A stretch of DNA of 64,000 nucleotides from Candidatus Limnocylindrales bacterium (GCA_035571835.1 DATNBU010000041.1:11955-75954), one strand, 5' to 3'. Counted from the stretch's first letter, positions 36,039-46,606 are shown. Numbers and translations are program-made. The notes: generated by a model from the letters alone, not told the origin.

Positions 36039-36406
36039 CCGTCACCCGATAAAATCGTGCAGGGCGCAACGTGAGAGGACTGGTTGAATCCGCGAAGCCG
36101 TCGTCGCGAGGAACACAGATCACGGAATTTCTTCAGGGTCGCGCCAGTCGCACACCGGCGACGTCGTCGTCTCGCGAACATTGAGCGGGAAAACGTGGAG
36201 AGCAAGCACGTCGGGGCGCGCAATGGTGGTCTGCGTGCGGGGAATAATCGTCCGCGCAGCCCCGACACGCGTCGAGCTCGCTGCGTTCGTGGCGATCAGA
36301 GATGCCAGCAGATCTCGTGATTACGGCGAGTTGCCGGAGAAGGTGTGACGAGTCGCATCGAGGGAGGCCGGATGGACGCGCTCCACGCTCAGGCCAGGGC
36401 TCCGGC

Positions 36407-36979
36407 TCAGTCGCGACGTCCCGGCCCGCTGGCCGACCGGAAGCGCGCGTCGAAAGTCTCCCTGGTGATCTCGTAGACGACATTGCTGAGCGTGACGCCG
36501 TTCAGCGTGCGAGGGGTGAGCCCTCCGCGCTGCACTCCGCCGATCTTCTGCATCGCCTGCTGTGAACGGTAGTTCGTCTCGCCGACCCAGAACACGACCG
36601 TATCGACGAACCGGAACGCGTGCTCGAGCATCAGTCCTTTCACTTCGCGGTTGTAGCTGCCGCCCCAGTACGCGATCGCAAGGAACGTCCAGCCGATCTC
36701 GATCTCGCGCGCTGCCGCGTCGAAGCCGTAGTAGCGGCTGGAGCCGATGATTGCGCCGGTGCCGTGGTCGACGAACGTGAACGCCGAGCCGCTTGCGAGC
36801 GCGCCGTCGAAGAACTCTCGAAAAACCGGCTCGGTGTAACGATCGCGGATCGGATGAAGCTCCCAGACTTTGGGATTGGACGCCGCACGGAACATGCCGT
36901 CCCAGTCGTCCGCACGGATCGGGCGAATCGTGATGCGCGGGCCGATCAGGGTCGGCTGGAGATCGATCGAGGTGTGCAC
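36407..36979 (-). CDS. GNAT family N-acetyltransferase
   Basis: The RimL/RimJ-like pattern (IGWTFLAIAYWGGSYNREV..LMLEHAF) is seen in the translation. Confidence 0.65.
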   Translation of the reverse strand: MHTSIDLQPTLIGPRITIRPIRADDWDGMFRAASNPKVWELHPIRDRYTEPVFREFFDGALASGSAFTFVDHGTGAIIGSSRYYGFDAAAREIEIGWTFLAIAYWGGSYNREVKGLMLEHAFRFVDTVVFWVGETNYRSQQAMQKIGGVQRGGLTPRTLNGVTLSNVVYEITRETFDARFRSASGPGRRD

Positions 36980-37082
36980 GGCTGGGTTTTTAGCGAGTCA
37001 GGACCCGGATGGCCATCCGGGCATCTCAGGGAAAAGCGGCCGAGCGATACCGGACGTTGATCTGGAAGGCTGCTGGCCGTCG

Positions 37083-37775
37083 TCACTGTCCGCTTGCGAG
37101 CTTGCCGGGCTCATCGCCGGGCATCAGTGCAGCAGTCAGGATCTCGACGATTCGTTCCACGGAATCCTCCGCGCGAATGTCGAGCGGCGCACCGAAACGG
37201 ACGACGAGGTCGACGTTGCGCTCCAGCAAGCGGAATCCTTTCCGGTCGAACGCCCGGTCGAAGCCGTCGACAAAGACCGGGACGACGACCGGATTGCAGT
37301 CTCGAATGATGCGAGCCGTGCCCTTTCGCACGGGCGCACCGCGCGTAGTCGTTCCCTGCGGAAACGTGATGAGCCAGCCGCGATCGAGTGCTTCGCGGAC
37401 CTTCCGGATGTCGTCGACGTCCAATGGACGCTGAACGTCGCGATCGCCGTCTCGCCACGTGCGGCGGATGAGGACCGCTCCCGCGAAGTTGAATACCCGC
37501 GGCCAGAAGCCGCGCTCGTTAAGCGTCTCGAACGCCGCGACGAACCGCACGTTGAGGTTGTGGCGGAACCCGTCGATCGGCGAACATCTGGCGCTTGCGA
37601 TCGCGCTGTGGATGCCGAGCACGTCCATGTAGTACGTCAGATGATTGGAGACGAAGAGGACGCCTTTCGCCGGCAGACCGACGAGGTTCTCGCGGCCCTC
37701 GGACCGCAGGCGATTGATGACGCCGAAGAGCAGCCACGCGTAAACGCCGAGAAGCACGAACACCAGTCGTTTCAT
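37083..37775 (-). CDS. 1-acyl-sn-glycerol-3-phosphate acyltransferase (PlsC/LPLAT family)
   Basis: NHLTYYMD (NHxxxxD) and FPQGTTTRG (FPEGTR) acyltransferase motifs with an N-terminal TM anchor. Confidence 0.8.
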   Translation of the reverse strand: MKRLVFVLLGVYAWLLFGVINRLRSEGRENLVGLPAKGVLFVSNHLTYYMDVLGIHSAIASARCSPIDGFRHNLNVRFVAAFETLNERGFWPRVFNFAGAVLIRRTWRDGDRDVQRPLDVDDIRKVREALDRGWLITFPQGTTTRGAPVRKGTARIIRDCNPVVVPVFVDGFDRAFDRKGFRLLERNVDLVVRFGAPLDIRAEDSVERIVEILTAALMPGDEPGKLASGQ

Positions 37776-38116
37776 CTTGGAATCCGGAACTGGCGCGAGG
37801 TTGCGGGAATCACGGTTTCAGCGTCTTCGGGGCAGGGGCCGGATGTGCTGTCGACGGCAGCGGGGATCTTATGTTCGCGCCGCATCCCACGCCATTCGCT
37901 CGCGACGATCTCGCGGCTCGCTCGATGGGTGCCCGCACGTGCCGTGAAATATCCGAGGCGGCGTCGAGTGCGAATCGCTCACGTGCACCAGCCGAGGAGA
38001 TGCGGCAGACTCCGCATGAGCTGCGCAGCGCCTGACGTCAGGGGCCTCGGCGTGGTCAGCGCATCCCGAGGTCTCAGTCGCCGCGGCAGACGTTCCAACG
38101 TGTAGACGAGAATCGA

Positions 38117-39031
38117 ATGACCCTGCTGCTGTCCATCTTCGCGTCCGACATCCTGCCGATCTTTGCGATCGCGGGGGTAGGATTCGTGCTTGCCCGTACG
38201 CTCGCGGCCAACGTCCGGACGCTATCGCACGTGGTCTTTTACGCACTGGTCCCATGCCTCGTCTTCAACCTGCTCGTCACGTCGGGGATGACGTCCGCAG
38301 AGTTCGGCCGGATGGCGCTGCTCAACGTGCTCGTCGTCGCATCGATGGCCGTGATTGCACGGGTGATCGCCGTGCCGCTCGGCCTGAGCCGGCCGGAGAT
38401 GAGCGCGTTCATGCTCGTGGTGATGATCTCCAACGCCGGAAACTACGGGCTGCCGGTCGTGCTTTTCGCGTTCGGCCCGGACGCGCTCGCTCATGCCAGC
38501 GCATTTTTCGTGACCGGATCGCTGCTGACCTACACCGTCGGCGTATTCGTCGCGGCAAGCGGGCGCCGCAGCATGCAGCAGGCACTTGGCGGAGTTCTGC
38601 GAGTGCCGGCCATCTACGCCGTGGCTGCGGCAGCGCTCGTTCTCGCGACCGGGACCCGATTGCCGCTCGCGATCACGCGCCCGATCTCGATGCTCGGCGA
38701 CGCGGCGATTCCGATGATGATTCTCGTGCTCGGCATGCAGCTCGAGCGCGCAACGCTGCCGGAGCGACCTGCCGTCGTCGCAGCAGCGGTGCTCGTCTCG
38801 CTCGTGATCGCGCCGCTCGTCGCGCTGAGCCTGACGGCTGCTCTCGGGGTGACCGGGCCTGCTCGCCAGGCTGCCGTGTGCCTCGCGTCGACGCCGGTTG
38901 CCGTGATCACGACGATTCTGTCGCTCGAGTTCGACGTCGCCCCTGCGTTCGTGACCAGCGCGGTGCTGGTGTCGACGCTCCTCAGTCCGTTTACGCTCAC
39001 GCCGCTGATCGCTTATCTGCAGTCTGGTTGA
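38117..39031 (+). CDS. AEC (auxin efflux carrier) family transporter
   Basis: A ~300-aa protein with about 10 TM helices whose N-terminus resembles AEC/malate permease. Confidence 0.65.
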   Translation: MTLLLSIFASDILPIFAIAGVGFVLARTLAANVRTLSHVVFYALVPCLVFNLLVTSGMTSAEFGRMALLNVLVVASMAVIARVIAVPLGLSRPEMSAFMLVVMISNAGNYGLPVVLFAFGPDALAHASAFFVTGSLLTYTVGVFVAASGRRSMQQALGGVLRVPAIYAVAAAALVLATGTRLPLAITRPISMLGDAAIPMMILVLGMQLERATLPERPAVVAAAVLVSLVIAPLVALSLTAALGVTGPARQAAVCLASTPVAVITTILSLEFDVAPAFVTSAVLVSTLLSPFTLTPLIAYLQSG

Positions 39032-39044
39032 ATGGGGACGAACC

Positions 39045-40598
39045 TCAGTACGCGTCGGCCGTCACCTCGACCTTGTCGAAGCGGCTGGCCTTGAAGTCTT
39101 CCGGCGTGATCCAGAACTGGAAGACGCCCTCGCCGAAGTTGTGCCCAAGCCCCTGATTCGACGAGAGCTCGAGCAGCAGAAGGTGCGTCTGCGCGCGCTC
39201 CCACTGATTCCCCTGTACGTCGACCGGCGGCGCCAGCATTCGATCCGGGATATTTGCGTGAATGCCGGAATCGGTCTGGACGGCAAGCGCGTGGCGACCG
39301 CGGATACGATCGGCGATCTCGGACGGAACGCGCGCCGCCGCCCGCGCGGAGTGCGACAGCGAAGATTCGATCGATTGCGTCAGCGCGTCGACGAGCATGT
39401 AGCGCGTAAGCGACGGATGGCGGGCGATGAGCTCCCAGAACGCATCGCGGTCGGCGGCGGGAACTTCGTCGAATGCCGGCTGGGCGGCTGCGCGGTCGAA
39501 CCATGACTGTGCTTCCGCGGAGATTTCCGTGAGGAGGGTAGCCTTCGCGCCACTGTCCATGTCGCGGAACGTGCCCATGTCGGGATACCGGCGCTGGCGA
39601 TCGGCCTGCCGCACGAGCTCGGCGCTGCAGATCTGCAGCGCGCGCCAGTCGTGCGGAAAGGCTGCGAACGGACGCCGCACCGAAGTTCCGTCGATGACGT
39701 CCCTGACAGTCAGATAGTCGTAGCGGACCGGGTCGCCCTGCGCTTCGAGCAGCCGCTCTGCTGCGGCATCTCCCGGCCAGAGAGCGGGGTAGGGACCGTC
39801 GCCCTCATCCACTTCCTCGAGAACGCGTTCCGGCAATTCGATGACGATCGGATCGAACGTCCACTTCGGCAGCAGGATGGGACACTGCTCCAGTGACTGC
39901 GTCCAGCCCCAGTGAGAAGCCGCATGTTTGCCGAAAGCCGGACCGAGGTCGCCCGGAGGCGCGATGCTTTCCCAGTCGCCGGCAGGAGCGTCGGCATGAA
40001 CAACACCGGCTTCGAAGATCTCCCACGACATGTCGAGAAAGAAGTAGAGCACGCCGCGACTCGGCAGCGCATCGAGACGGGCTGCTTCCGGCACGGCGGC
40101 GCAGTCGACCTGAAGGACGAAGTGCAAAGGCTGCCCCTGCGACTTCGGATTGTGCGAGCGCGGCCACGCGAAGCCGCGCGGAGCGAACGGCGCGCCACCG
40201 AAGAAGCTGCGCTCGGCGGGCTCGTGACGCGGAGGAAAGTGCTGGCGGAAGACGATGGCCTGCCGCGCTGCGGCGGCGATCATTTGAGCGGCCGGCTCGC
40301 TCAACGGCAGCGGACTATCCGCCGGTAACGGGCCTGCGGCTGGTTGCGGTGCTGCGGCGGGGCGCGACCCGGCGCCTGTTCGCGGCGCTGAGCCTGCCGG
40401 CGCTGTTCGCTCTCGGAACCTCGTCCAGCGCAGGATCGCGCCGGCCACGCTCACGGCGAGAGTGACGAAGAACAGGGCTTTCCTCGAGCCGAAGGGATCG
40501 ATGTGGAGCCCGCCGAAGCCTTCGGCCACGGCCAGCGCGATGGTCTGGCCGAAGAGCAGAAGGAAGAACGCATTCAATGCGGCGAGAAATCGATTCAT
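39045..40598 (-). CDS. DUF1963 (YwqG-like) domain protein with N-terminal membrane anchor
   Basis: C-terminal LLLLELSSNQGLGHNFGEGVFQFWITPEDFKASRFDKVEV is DUF1963-like. The start is chosen at ATG 40598, but the ORF runs to 40751. Confidence 0.55.
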   Translation of the reverse strand: MNRFLAALNAFFLLLFGQTIALAVAEGFGGLHIDPFGSRKALFFVTLAVSVAGAILRWTRFRERTAPAGSAPRTGAGSRPAAAPQPAAGPLPADSPLPLSEPAAQMIAAAARQAIVFRQHFPPRHEPAERSFFGGAPFAPRGFAWPRSHNPKSQGQPLHFVLQVDCAAVPEAARLDALPSRGVLYFFLDMSWEIFEAGVVHADAPAGDWESIAPPGDLGPAFGKHAASHWGWTQSLEQCPILLPKWTFDPIVIELPERVLEEVDEGDGPYPALWPGDAAAERLLEAQGDPVRYDYLTVRDVIDGTSVRRPFAAFPHDWRALQICSAELVRQADRQRRYPDMGTFRDMDSGAKATLLTEISAEAQSWFDRAAAQPAFDEVPAADRDAFWELIARHPSLTRYMLVDALTQSIESSLSHSARAAARVPSEIADRIRGRHALAVQTDSGIHANIPDRMLAPPVDVQGNQWERAQTHLLLLELSSNQGLGHNFGEGVFQFWITPEDFKASRFDKVEVTADAY

Positions 40599-41000
40599 GC
40601 TGCCCGCGTTGCTGCGCGCACTATTAAGTTGCGCGCCGAGGCACGGCAACGCCGCGCTACGCGTGCCGGAGGCGAGCAGGGTGAGGAGCATCCCCAGCTT
40701 GATGTTGTTCCAACGCTCAGTCGCAGCTGAAGAAGACCGATGCGACCGCATAGTCGTCTTCGCTGGGATCCGTGTTGCCCGGCGTCGAGTCCACGTCCTG
40801 CTGATCGGCTGCGCTCACTTCGGCAGTGTGTAGCCGTTCGAGAGCATTCCGCTGCACGCAGGAGCGAGATTTCCGGCACGCGACGGCACTCGAAGCCGAC
40901 CACACCTCATCGCAAAAACCAACATGGAACTGGCACGGAATCGCGCTCGCCAAGGAGTGTGCCGAAGTGCTAGGTTCGTGCATTCGTCCGGGAGGATTCC

Positions 41001-41144
41001 ATGACACGTGCCGTTCCCGTCTTTCTCGCCGCCATCGCTTTGTTCGCCGCCTCTGCGCAGGCCAGCCCCGATCCGCTGACGACCTGCGGCAGCACCGTCG
41101 ATCCGGCGGCAAAGAGCTGGCGCGTCTGTCTCGACGACGAATAG
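41001..41144 (+). CDS. small secreted peptide (47-aa precursor; ~25-aa mature peptide with 2 Cys)
   Basis: RBS GGGAGG lies 6 nt upstream of the ATG. The signal peptide MTRAVPVFLAAIALFAASAQA is followed by SPDPLTTCGSTVDPAAKSWRVCLDDE. Confidence 0.5.
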   Translation: MTRAVPVFLAAIALFAASAQASPDPLTTCGSTVDPAAKSWRVCLDDE

Positions 41145-41220
41145 TTTTCTCAGACAGCTCGAATCTGGCGGGCGTTGCAGGTCGTACTGTCGACGCTCGG
41201 CGTTTCGGGAGATTTGTCGC

Positions 41221-41640
41221 ATGAGCTTCTTGTTTCGAGTTTTCGAGCAACGGCGAAAACGTCGGGTTCTGCGCCGGATGGTTGCCGAGCTGCCCAGGCT
41301 GCTTGCTCAGAGATATGGAAATTCGGACAGCTACTCACGCGCGCAAGTTCGTAAAACTCTCGAGGCAGCCGGCTATCGCGGACGCTATGTGGAGTACGCC
41401 TACGCGCTTTGTTTGAACGCGGCAGATGCCGAGCGCGAGCTGGACAACCGGGTCGTCTCGGCGCGACTTCGCAAAGAGCTGGCAGATGAGTTCTTCGACG
41501 GCGACACCGACTTCACCATAAAGCTGCGAAGGCGAGGAGAGGTGGGCAACTCGGCCCACACGTCGATTCCCCTGACGGATCAGGCACTCGGCGCCCGAAA
41601 CCACGGAATCACCGGCACTGCGGACGCCGACGTCCCTTAA
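41221..41640 (+). CDS. hypothetical protein (139 aa)
   Basis: Coding-like GC3. It starts 77 nt after the small peptide gene, and no domain was recognised. Confidence 0.4.
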   Translation: MSFLFRVFEQRRKRRVLRRMVAELPRLLAQRYGNSDSYSRAQVRKTLEAAGYRGRYVEYAYALCLNAADAERELDNRVVSARLRKELADEFFDGDTDFTIKLRRRGEVGNSAHTSIPLTDQALGARNHGITGTADADVP

Positions 41641-42167
41641 CAGCCCTGCAATTAAAGATTGCCGCGCGGCCCCGCTCTCTATTCAGGAAAAGAGACTGAA
41701 TCACTTCGACGTTTGTCGAAAGTGACATTCATCATTGCGCAGACCAAGCCATGTCACTACGACGATAGCGCTTGCGCAAGGACGTCGAGTCGTCAGCCGG
41801 CAGGCATTCTGAAGTTACTATCGTTCCAGCGCTGCCGGCAAATCACGTTCGTGCGGCGACGCGGAATAGACTGCGCTAGCCGCCGGGATTGCCGACGAGA
41901 ACGCCTGCGCTTCCAAAGGAGCGCGGGCGTTCTTATGTGCTACGCCGCCGCGCTGCGCTCGACTGAATTTGTTCTGCAAGATGTTCACCCCCGGAATCGG
42001 GGCTGCAGACTAAAATCGTTCGCATCGGCTCGGATTCGCAACGAATGGCGGTTTACAGAGCGGAGTCGGGTCCGCTATGAGCTTCGGCTCGCTGCCGCAC
42101 GGTGCGATCAAGGCGAACGTTGCTGCGCCTTTCGTCGCACACCGCGAGCTCTGCGGAGGAGCATTTG

Positions 42168-43268
42168 ATGAAATCTGTGTCGATCATTCTCTCGGGCGTC
42201 GTTCTCGCCAGCCTCCCGGCTGCGAAAGCGTTTGCCGCGTTCTCGGCTTCCGGCTGCCAGATCACCCAGGCCGAACCGGTCTGCGTGTGCGTCAGTGCCA
42301 AAGGAAAGCACGGAAAAACGTTCGAATGCGACGATCCGAAGCTCGGCCCGAAATGCACGGGAAAGGGCGGGGTGATCAAGCACCTTCTCGAAGGCGACGA
42401 TCCGACCAATCCGCTGACGATCGTTTGCGGCGCGTCGAACGCCGCTTGCGACGGGCCGTTCACGTGCCCCGCGCCGGTGGACGGCGCGCACCAGACGATC
42501 TGCGGTCAGCTGTACGATCTCGAAGACAGCTCGAAATTCCAGGCGGCAGGCGCGACGGGCACAGCGTGCACCACGACGACCGTCGATGGCCCGTGCTCGC
42601 TCGACATCGTCGCGTACGATGCCGTGGGGTTCGGCACGAATCCGGCGACCGCGCCGGCGCTGACTTCGGGTGCGGTCTTCATCGACGACTGCGGTCGCTA
42701 TCGCGTGCCGGACGTCGCGATCCCGTCCGGCGCGTTCATCGAGCTCGCGATCGATGACGCCGATGTCGCGAAGCACGGACCGACCGGATCGACGAACACC
42801 GTGACCGTCACAACGCCGAAGCAGGCCGGCGCCGCGACCCCGAACTTCGACGCCTGGGTCGCGTCCAAAGCGACGACCGACACGTGGGAACTCTCCGGCG
42901 CGCCGCCCGTCTCCGGCGGGCTGTTCGTCCCGATCTTCCACGCGATGATCTCGAAGACGAACCGCGACCTGCAGGACGGTGTGACGTTCACTGCCAGCGG
43001 CAGCCCGGTGCCGGCGCGCGACTCCTACTTCGTTGCGACCGAAGCCTCACGGGATACCATCGATCCCACCGCAAATTCGACCGGCATCAACGGAACAGTG
43101 CTCGTCACCGGCGCGTCGCTTAGCGACGGGCCGATCTACAGCGGAAGCGGCGGCGGCTTGTCGTCGAGCTGCGTGTGGGAAACGCACGGCGGAACGTCGC
43201 TCCCGTCGATCCTGTCCGTTCAGGACTTCCGGCCGCAGAACGCGGTCAGTGAGACGTGCGACCGGTAG
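42168..43268 (+). CDS. secreted hypothetical protein with Cys-rich N-terminal region
   Basis: RBS GGAGGA precedes signal peptide MKSVSIILSGVVLASLPAAKAFA. Confidence 0.6.
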   Translation: MKSVSIILSGVVLASLPAAKAFAAFSASGCQITQAEPVCVCVSAKGKHGKTFECDDPKLGPKCTGKGGVIKHLLEGDDPTNPLTIVCGASNAACDGPFTCPAPVDGAHQTICGQLYDLEDSSKFQAAGATGTACTTTTVDGPCSLDIVAYDAVGFGTNPATAPALTSGAVFIDDCGRYRVPDVAIPSGAFIELAIDDADVAKHGPTGSTNTVTVTTPKQAGAATPNFDAWVASKATTDTWELSGAPPVSGGLFVPIFHAMISKTNRDLQDGVTFTASGSPVPARDSYFVATEASRDTIDPTANSTGINGTVLVTGASLSDGPIYSGSGGGLSSSCVWETHGGTSLPSILSVQDFRPQNAVSETCDR

Positions 43269-43296
43269 TCTTTCTCGACCAGCCTGCCGGTGGCCT

Positions 43297-44307
43297 TCAG
43301 CCCCAGACCTGCGGCGACGGCGGAAAAACGACGCCGTCTTTGTAGACCATTGCGGGAGCTCGGTCCGTCCCGATCAGCAGCGGTGCATCGAGATCGGTGA
43401 AGCGGCTCGATTGCGCAAGGAGCATCGCCGGCGCCATCGCGAGCGATGTTCCGAGCATGCATCCGACCATCACGTCGAGCCCGGCGGCGCGCGCGTGATC
43501 GAGCATGCGCAGCGCCTCGGTCAGCCCGCCTGTCTTGTCCAGCTTGATGTTGACCACGTCGTAGAGGTCGGCCAGCCGGTCGGTGTCGTCAGCGGTGTGA
43601 CACGATTCGTCGGCACCGATCGGAACTGATCGCGCCGCTCGCGGCAAGCGGGCGAGCTCGTCGTCACGCCCGGCCGGCAGCGGCTGTTCGATCAGCTCGA
43701 CACGCGCGTCGATCATCGCGGGAAGGCATCGCTCGAGCTCGGCGAAACTCCAGCCTTCGTTCACGTCGACGATCAGCCGCTTGTCCGGTACGGCGTCGCG
43801 GATCGCGCGGATGCGAAGATCGTCGTCGCTTCCGCCGAGCTTGATCTTGAGCACGGGATAATGGCCGGCATCGCGTGCTGCTGCAGCCATGGCTTCGGGC
43901 GCGGCGACGCTGATCGTGAATACCGTTTCGACCGGCTGCCACTCGGGAAGATCGAGCAATTCCCAGATCGGCTTGCCGGCGCGCTTGGCCCGCAGGTCCC
44001 AAAGCGCGCAATCGACCGCGTTGCGCGCAGCGCCGGCGGAGGTGAGGTCGTGCAGCTTCGACCATTCTGCGCCGCCCCGCAGTGCGGCGAGCATTCCTTC
44101 GGCCCCGGCAAGCGCCTTCTCCATACTTTGCCCGAAGCGTCGGATCGGACACGCCTCGCCGCGTCCGATGCATTGGCCATCGTCGACCTCGACCACGAGC
44201 ACGTCGGTCGTGTCGGCCCGGGCGCGGGAGATGACGAAAGGCTTCGCAAGCGGCCAGGTCTCGCGATACGCGCGAGCGTTTCTCAGTGTGAATGTGTCTT
44301 CGATCAT
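43297..44307 (-). CDS. enolase-superfamily dipeptide epimerase (L-Ala-D/L-Glu epimerase-like, MR/MLE family)
   Basis: The MR/MLE pattern includes KIKLG, DVNEGW and a D/E metal ligand series. It is adjacent to the murein-sugar recycling genes. Confidence 0.65.
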   Translation of the reverse strand: MIEDTFTLRNARAYRETWPLAKPFVISRARADTTDVLVVEVDDGQCIGRGEACPIRRFGQSMEKALAGAEGMLAALRGGAEWSKLHDLTSAGAARNAVDCALWDLRAKRAGKPIWELLDLPEWQPVETVFTISVAAPEAMAAAARDAGHYPVLKIKLGGSDDDLRIRAIRDAVPDKRLIVDVNEGWSFAELERCLPAMIDARVELIEQPLPAGRDDELARLPRAARSVPIGADESCHTADDTDRLADLYDVVNIKLDKTGGLTEALRMLDHARAAGLDVMVGCMLGTSLAMAPAMLLAQSSRFTDLDAPLLIGTDRAPAMVYKDGVVFPPSPQVWG

Positions 44308-44405
44308 CGCTCGGACCGGTTAAAACGCGGCCTCGGTCGCGCAACAGGTGACCTCGACATCCCGCCGTCGAAGATCGATAAACCGGCGACAGGACCCAGG
44401 CGCAG

Positions 44406-45461
44406 ATGACACCGAAGCAATCGTTCATGCATGCGGAAGCGGCCGAATCCGGCGACGTCGCGGAGCGTCAGCTGGCGGAGCTTGCGCATGACATGCGCCT
44501 TCTGGGCGAGCGACTGCGGGCGATGGATCCGCCCGTCGTCATCACCTGTGCACGGGGAAGCTCCGATCATGCTGCCACGTTCGCAAAATATCTGATCGAG
44601 ACCCGGGTCCGAACGCCGGTCGCCTCGTTTGCCCCGTCGACGTCGTCGCTCTACGCGACGCCGTGGCGCCATCTCGACGGCGCTCTGTTCCTCGCGATCT
44701 CCCAATCGGGCCGAAGCCCCGACATCGTCATCTCGGCACGCGCGGCCAGAGAGGCAGGCGCGTGTGTGATTGCGGTGGTCAACGATCGGGCGTCGCCGCT
44801 TTCGGAAGTCGCCGAGCTGACGATTCCGCTCCTGGCCGGTACCGAGCGAAGCGTGGCGGCCACCAAATCGTTCATCGCTTCGTTGCTCCTCATTGTGCAT
44901 CTGGTGGCCACCTGGACGGAGGAGGAGGATCTCCGCCTCGCTCTTGCGGATGCGCCGCGCGTTCTGCGCAGCGCATGGGATCTGGATTGGTCGCCGGCTG
45001 TTGCTGCGTTGTCTGGGGCGAGCAGCGTGTTCGTCATCGGGCGCGGACTCACGCTGGCGATCGCGCAGGAAGCAGCGCTCAAGCTGAAGGAGACCTGCGG
45101 GATTCACGCCGAAGCGTTCAGCGCCGCCGAGGTGAAGCATGGTCCGATGGCGCTGGTCGGCCGGGGATTTCCGGTCGTGATGTTTCCGCCGGGCGATGAA
45201 GGTGCGGAGGATTTCGACGAGCTGGCGAACGATTTCGTCGGCCGCGGCGCGCGCGTGATCATGGCAGGGGCCGACACGCACGGGCACGGCCCGGCCGAAG
45301 GCGCGCTGATGCTGCCGGCACCTTCCGGCGCCGATCATCCGGTGCTGGCGGTGCTGTCGATGATTCAGAGTTTTTACGGTCTTGCCGCCGCGCTCAGTGT
45401 TGCGCGCGGGTTCGACCCGGACCGGCCGCCGCATCTGCAGAAGGTTACCGAGACGCGATGA
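44406..45461 (+). CDS. SIS domain protein (AgaS/NagB-II-like sugar-phosphate isomerase/deaminase)
   Basis: Two SIS subdomains (VVITCARGSSDHAA..; AISQSGRSPD; VFVIGRGLTLAIAQEAALKLKE). It is translationally coupled to nagA by an ATGA overlap. Confidence 0.7.
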   Translation: MTPKQSFMHAEAAESGDVAERQLAELAHDMRLLGERLRAMDPPVVITCARGSSDHAATFAKYLIETRVRTPVASFAPSTSSLYATPWRHLDGALFLAISQSGRSPDIVISARAAREAGACVIAVVNDRASPLSEVAELTIPLLAGTERSVAATKSFIASLLLIVHLVATWTEEEDLRLALADAPRVLRSAWDLDWSPAVAALSGASSVFVIGRGLTLAIAQEAALKLKETCGIHAEAFSAAEVKHGPMALVGRGFPVVMFPPGDEGAEDFDELANDFVGRGARVIMAGADTHGHGPAEGALMLPAPSGADHPVLAVLSMIQSFYGLAAALSVARGFDPDRPPHLQKVTETR

Positions 45462-46606
45462 GCGCGTTCGCACTTCATCCTTCGCGCGTGCTGACACCGG
45501 ACGGGTTTCGCGAGGATTGCTGCGTCGTGGTGGACGATGGCCTTGTCGTTGATGTGCTCCCATCGCGCGAGTGCCCGCACGGTGTTCCGCGCAGAGCGCT
45601 CGACGGCGAGCTCGTGCCGGGCTTCATCGACCTGCAGGTGAACGGCGGCGGCGGAATACTGTTCAACGATCATCCGACCGTTGCCGGCATCGCGGCGATC
45701 GGGGAGGCGCACCGTCGATTCGGAACCACGGGGTTTCTGCCGACGCTGATCAGTGACGATCTCGAGGTCGTTCGCCGCGCGATCGAAGCGGTCGATGCGG
45801 CGATCGCCCAGGGCATTCCCGGCGTGCTCGGCATTCACATCGAGGGGCCTTTCCTGAACCCGTCCAGGAAGGGCGCTCACGATGCTTCGAAGTTCAAAGT
45901 TCTGGGTGCCGAGGCGATCGACCTCCTTTCTTCGCTGCATCGCGGCCGCACTCTGGTCACTCTCGCGCCGGAGGCGGCTCCGCCCGGCTCCATTCGTGCG
46001 CTCGTCGAGCGCGGCATCGTGGTTTCCGCCGGTCACACCGCCGCCTCTTATGACGAGATCCAACTCGCCATCGCCGAAGGGCTGAGCGGGTTTACTCATC
46101 TGTTCAACGCGATGCCGCAGCTCGGCAGCCGCGAGCCCGGGCCGGTCGGAGCCGCGCTCGAAAGCCGCGCGGCGTGGTGCGGGCTCATCGCGGACGGCCA
46201 TCATGTGCACCCCGCGACGCTTCGCATCGCACTCGCGGCCAAAGGTGCGCAGCGTCTCGCGCTGGTGACGGACGCGATGCCTTCGGTCGGATCGGACGAC
46301 AAGGAATTCGAGCTCGCGGGACAGCGTGTTTTTGTCGACGGCGGCCGCTGCGTTACCGCCGATGGCACGCTCGCTGGATCTCACCTGACGATGGCGGAGG
46401 CGGTTCGCAACGCCGAGCGACTGATGGGCGTCGATGCCGCGACTGCAGTGCGCATGGCGAGCAAGGTGCCGGCCGACATACTCGGGCTCTCGCACGAGCG
46501 CGGCGCGATCCGCAGCGGCCTGCGCGCGGATCTCGTGCTGCTCGATGCGGAGCGAAATGTCGTTGAGACATGGATCGGCGGGAGCGACGACTCGTCCATG
46601 AGATAA
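45458..46606 (+). CDS. nagA: N-acetylglucosamine-6-phosphate deacetylase
   Basis: Signature motifs GFIDLQVNGGGG, GIHIEGPFLNP and HLFNAM..LG match the NagA amidohydrolase signature. Confidence 0.85.
   Translation: MSAFALHPSRVLTPDGFREDCCVVVDDGLVVDVLPSRECPHGVPRRALDGELVPGFIDLQVNGGGGILFNDHPTVAGIAAIGEAHRRFGTTGFLPTLISDDLEVVRRAIEAVDAAIAQGIPGVLGIHIEGPFLNPSRKGAHDASKFKVLGAEAIDLLSSLHRGRTLVTLAPEAAPPGSIRALVERGIVVSAGHTAASYDEIQLAIAEGLSGFTHLFNAMPQLGSREPGPVGAALESRAAWCGLIADGHHVHPATLRIALAAKGAQRLALVTDAMPSVGSDDKEFELAGQRVFVDGGRCVTADGTLAGSHLTMAEAVRNAERLMGVDAATAVRMASKVPADILGLSHERGAIRSGLRADLVLLDAERNVVETWIGGSDDSSMR

Noticed and set aside
41690-41760. 8-bp inverted repeat AGTGACAT...ATGTCACT 22 nt apart as a regulator site
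   Set aside because: A single occurrence about 400 nt upstream of the nearest start. It is insufficient to call.
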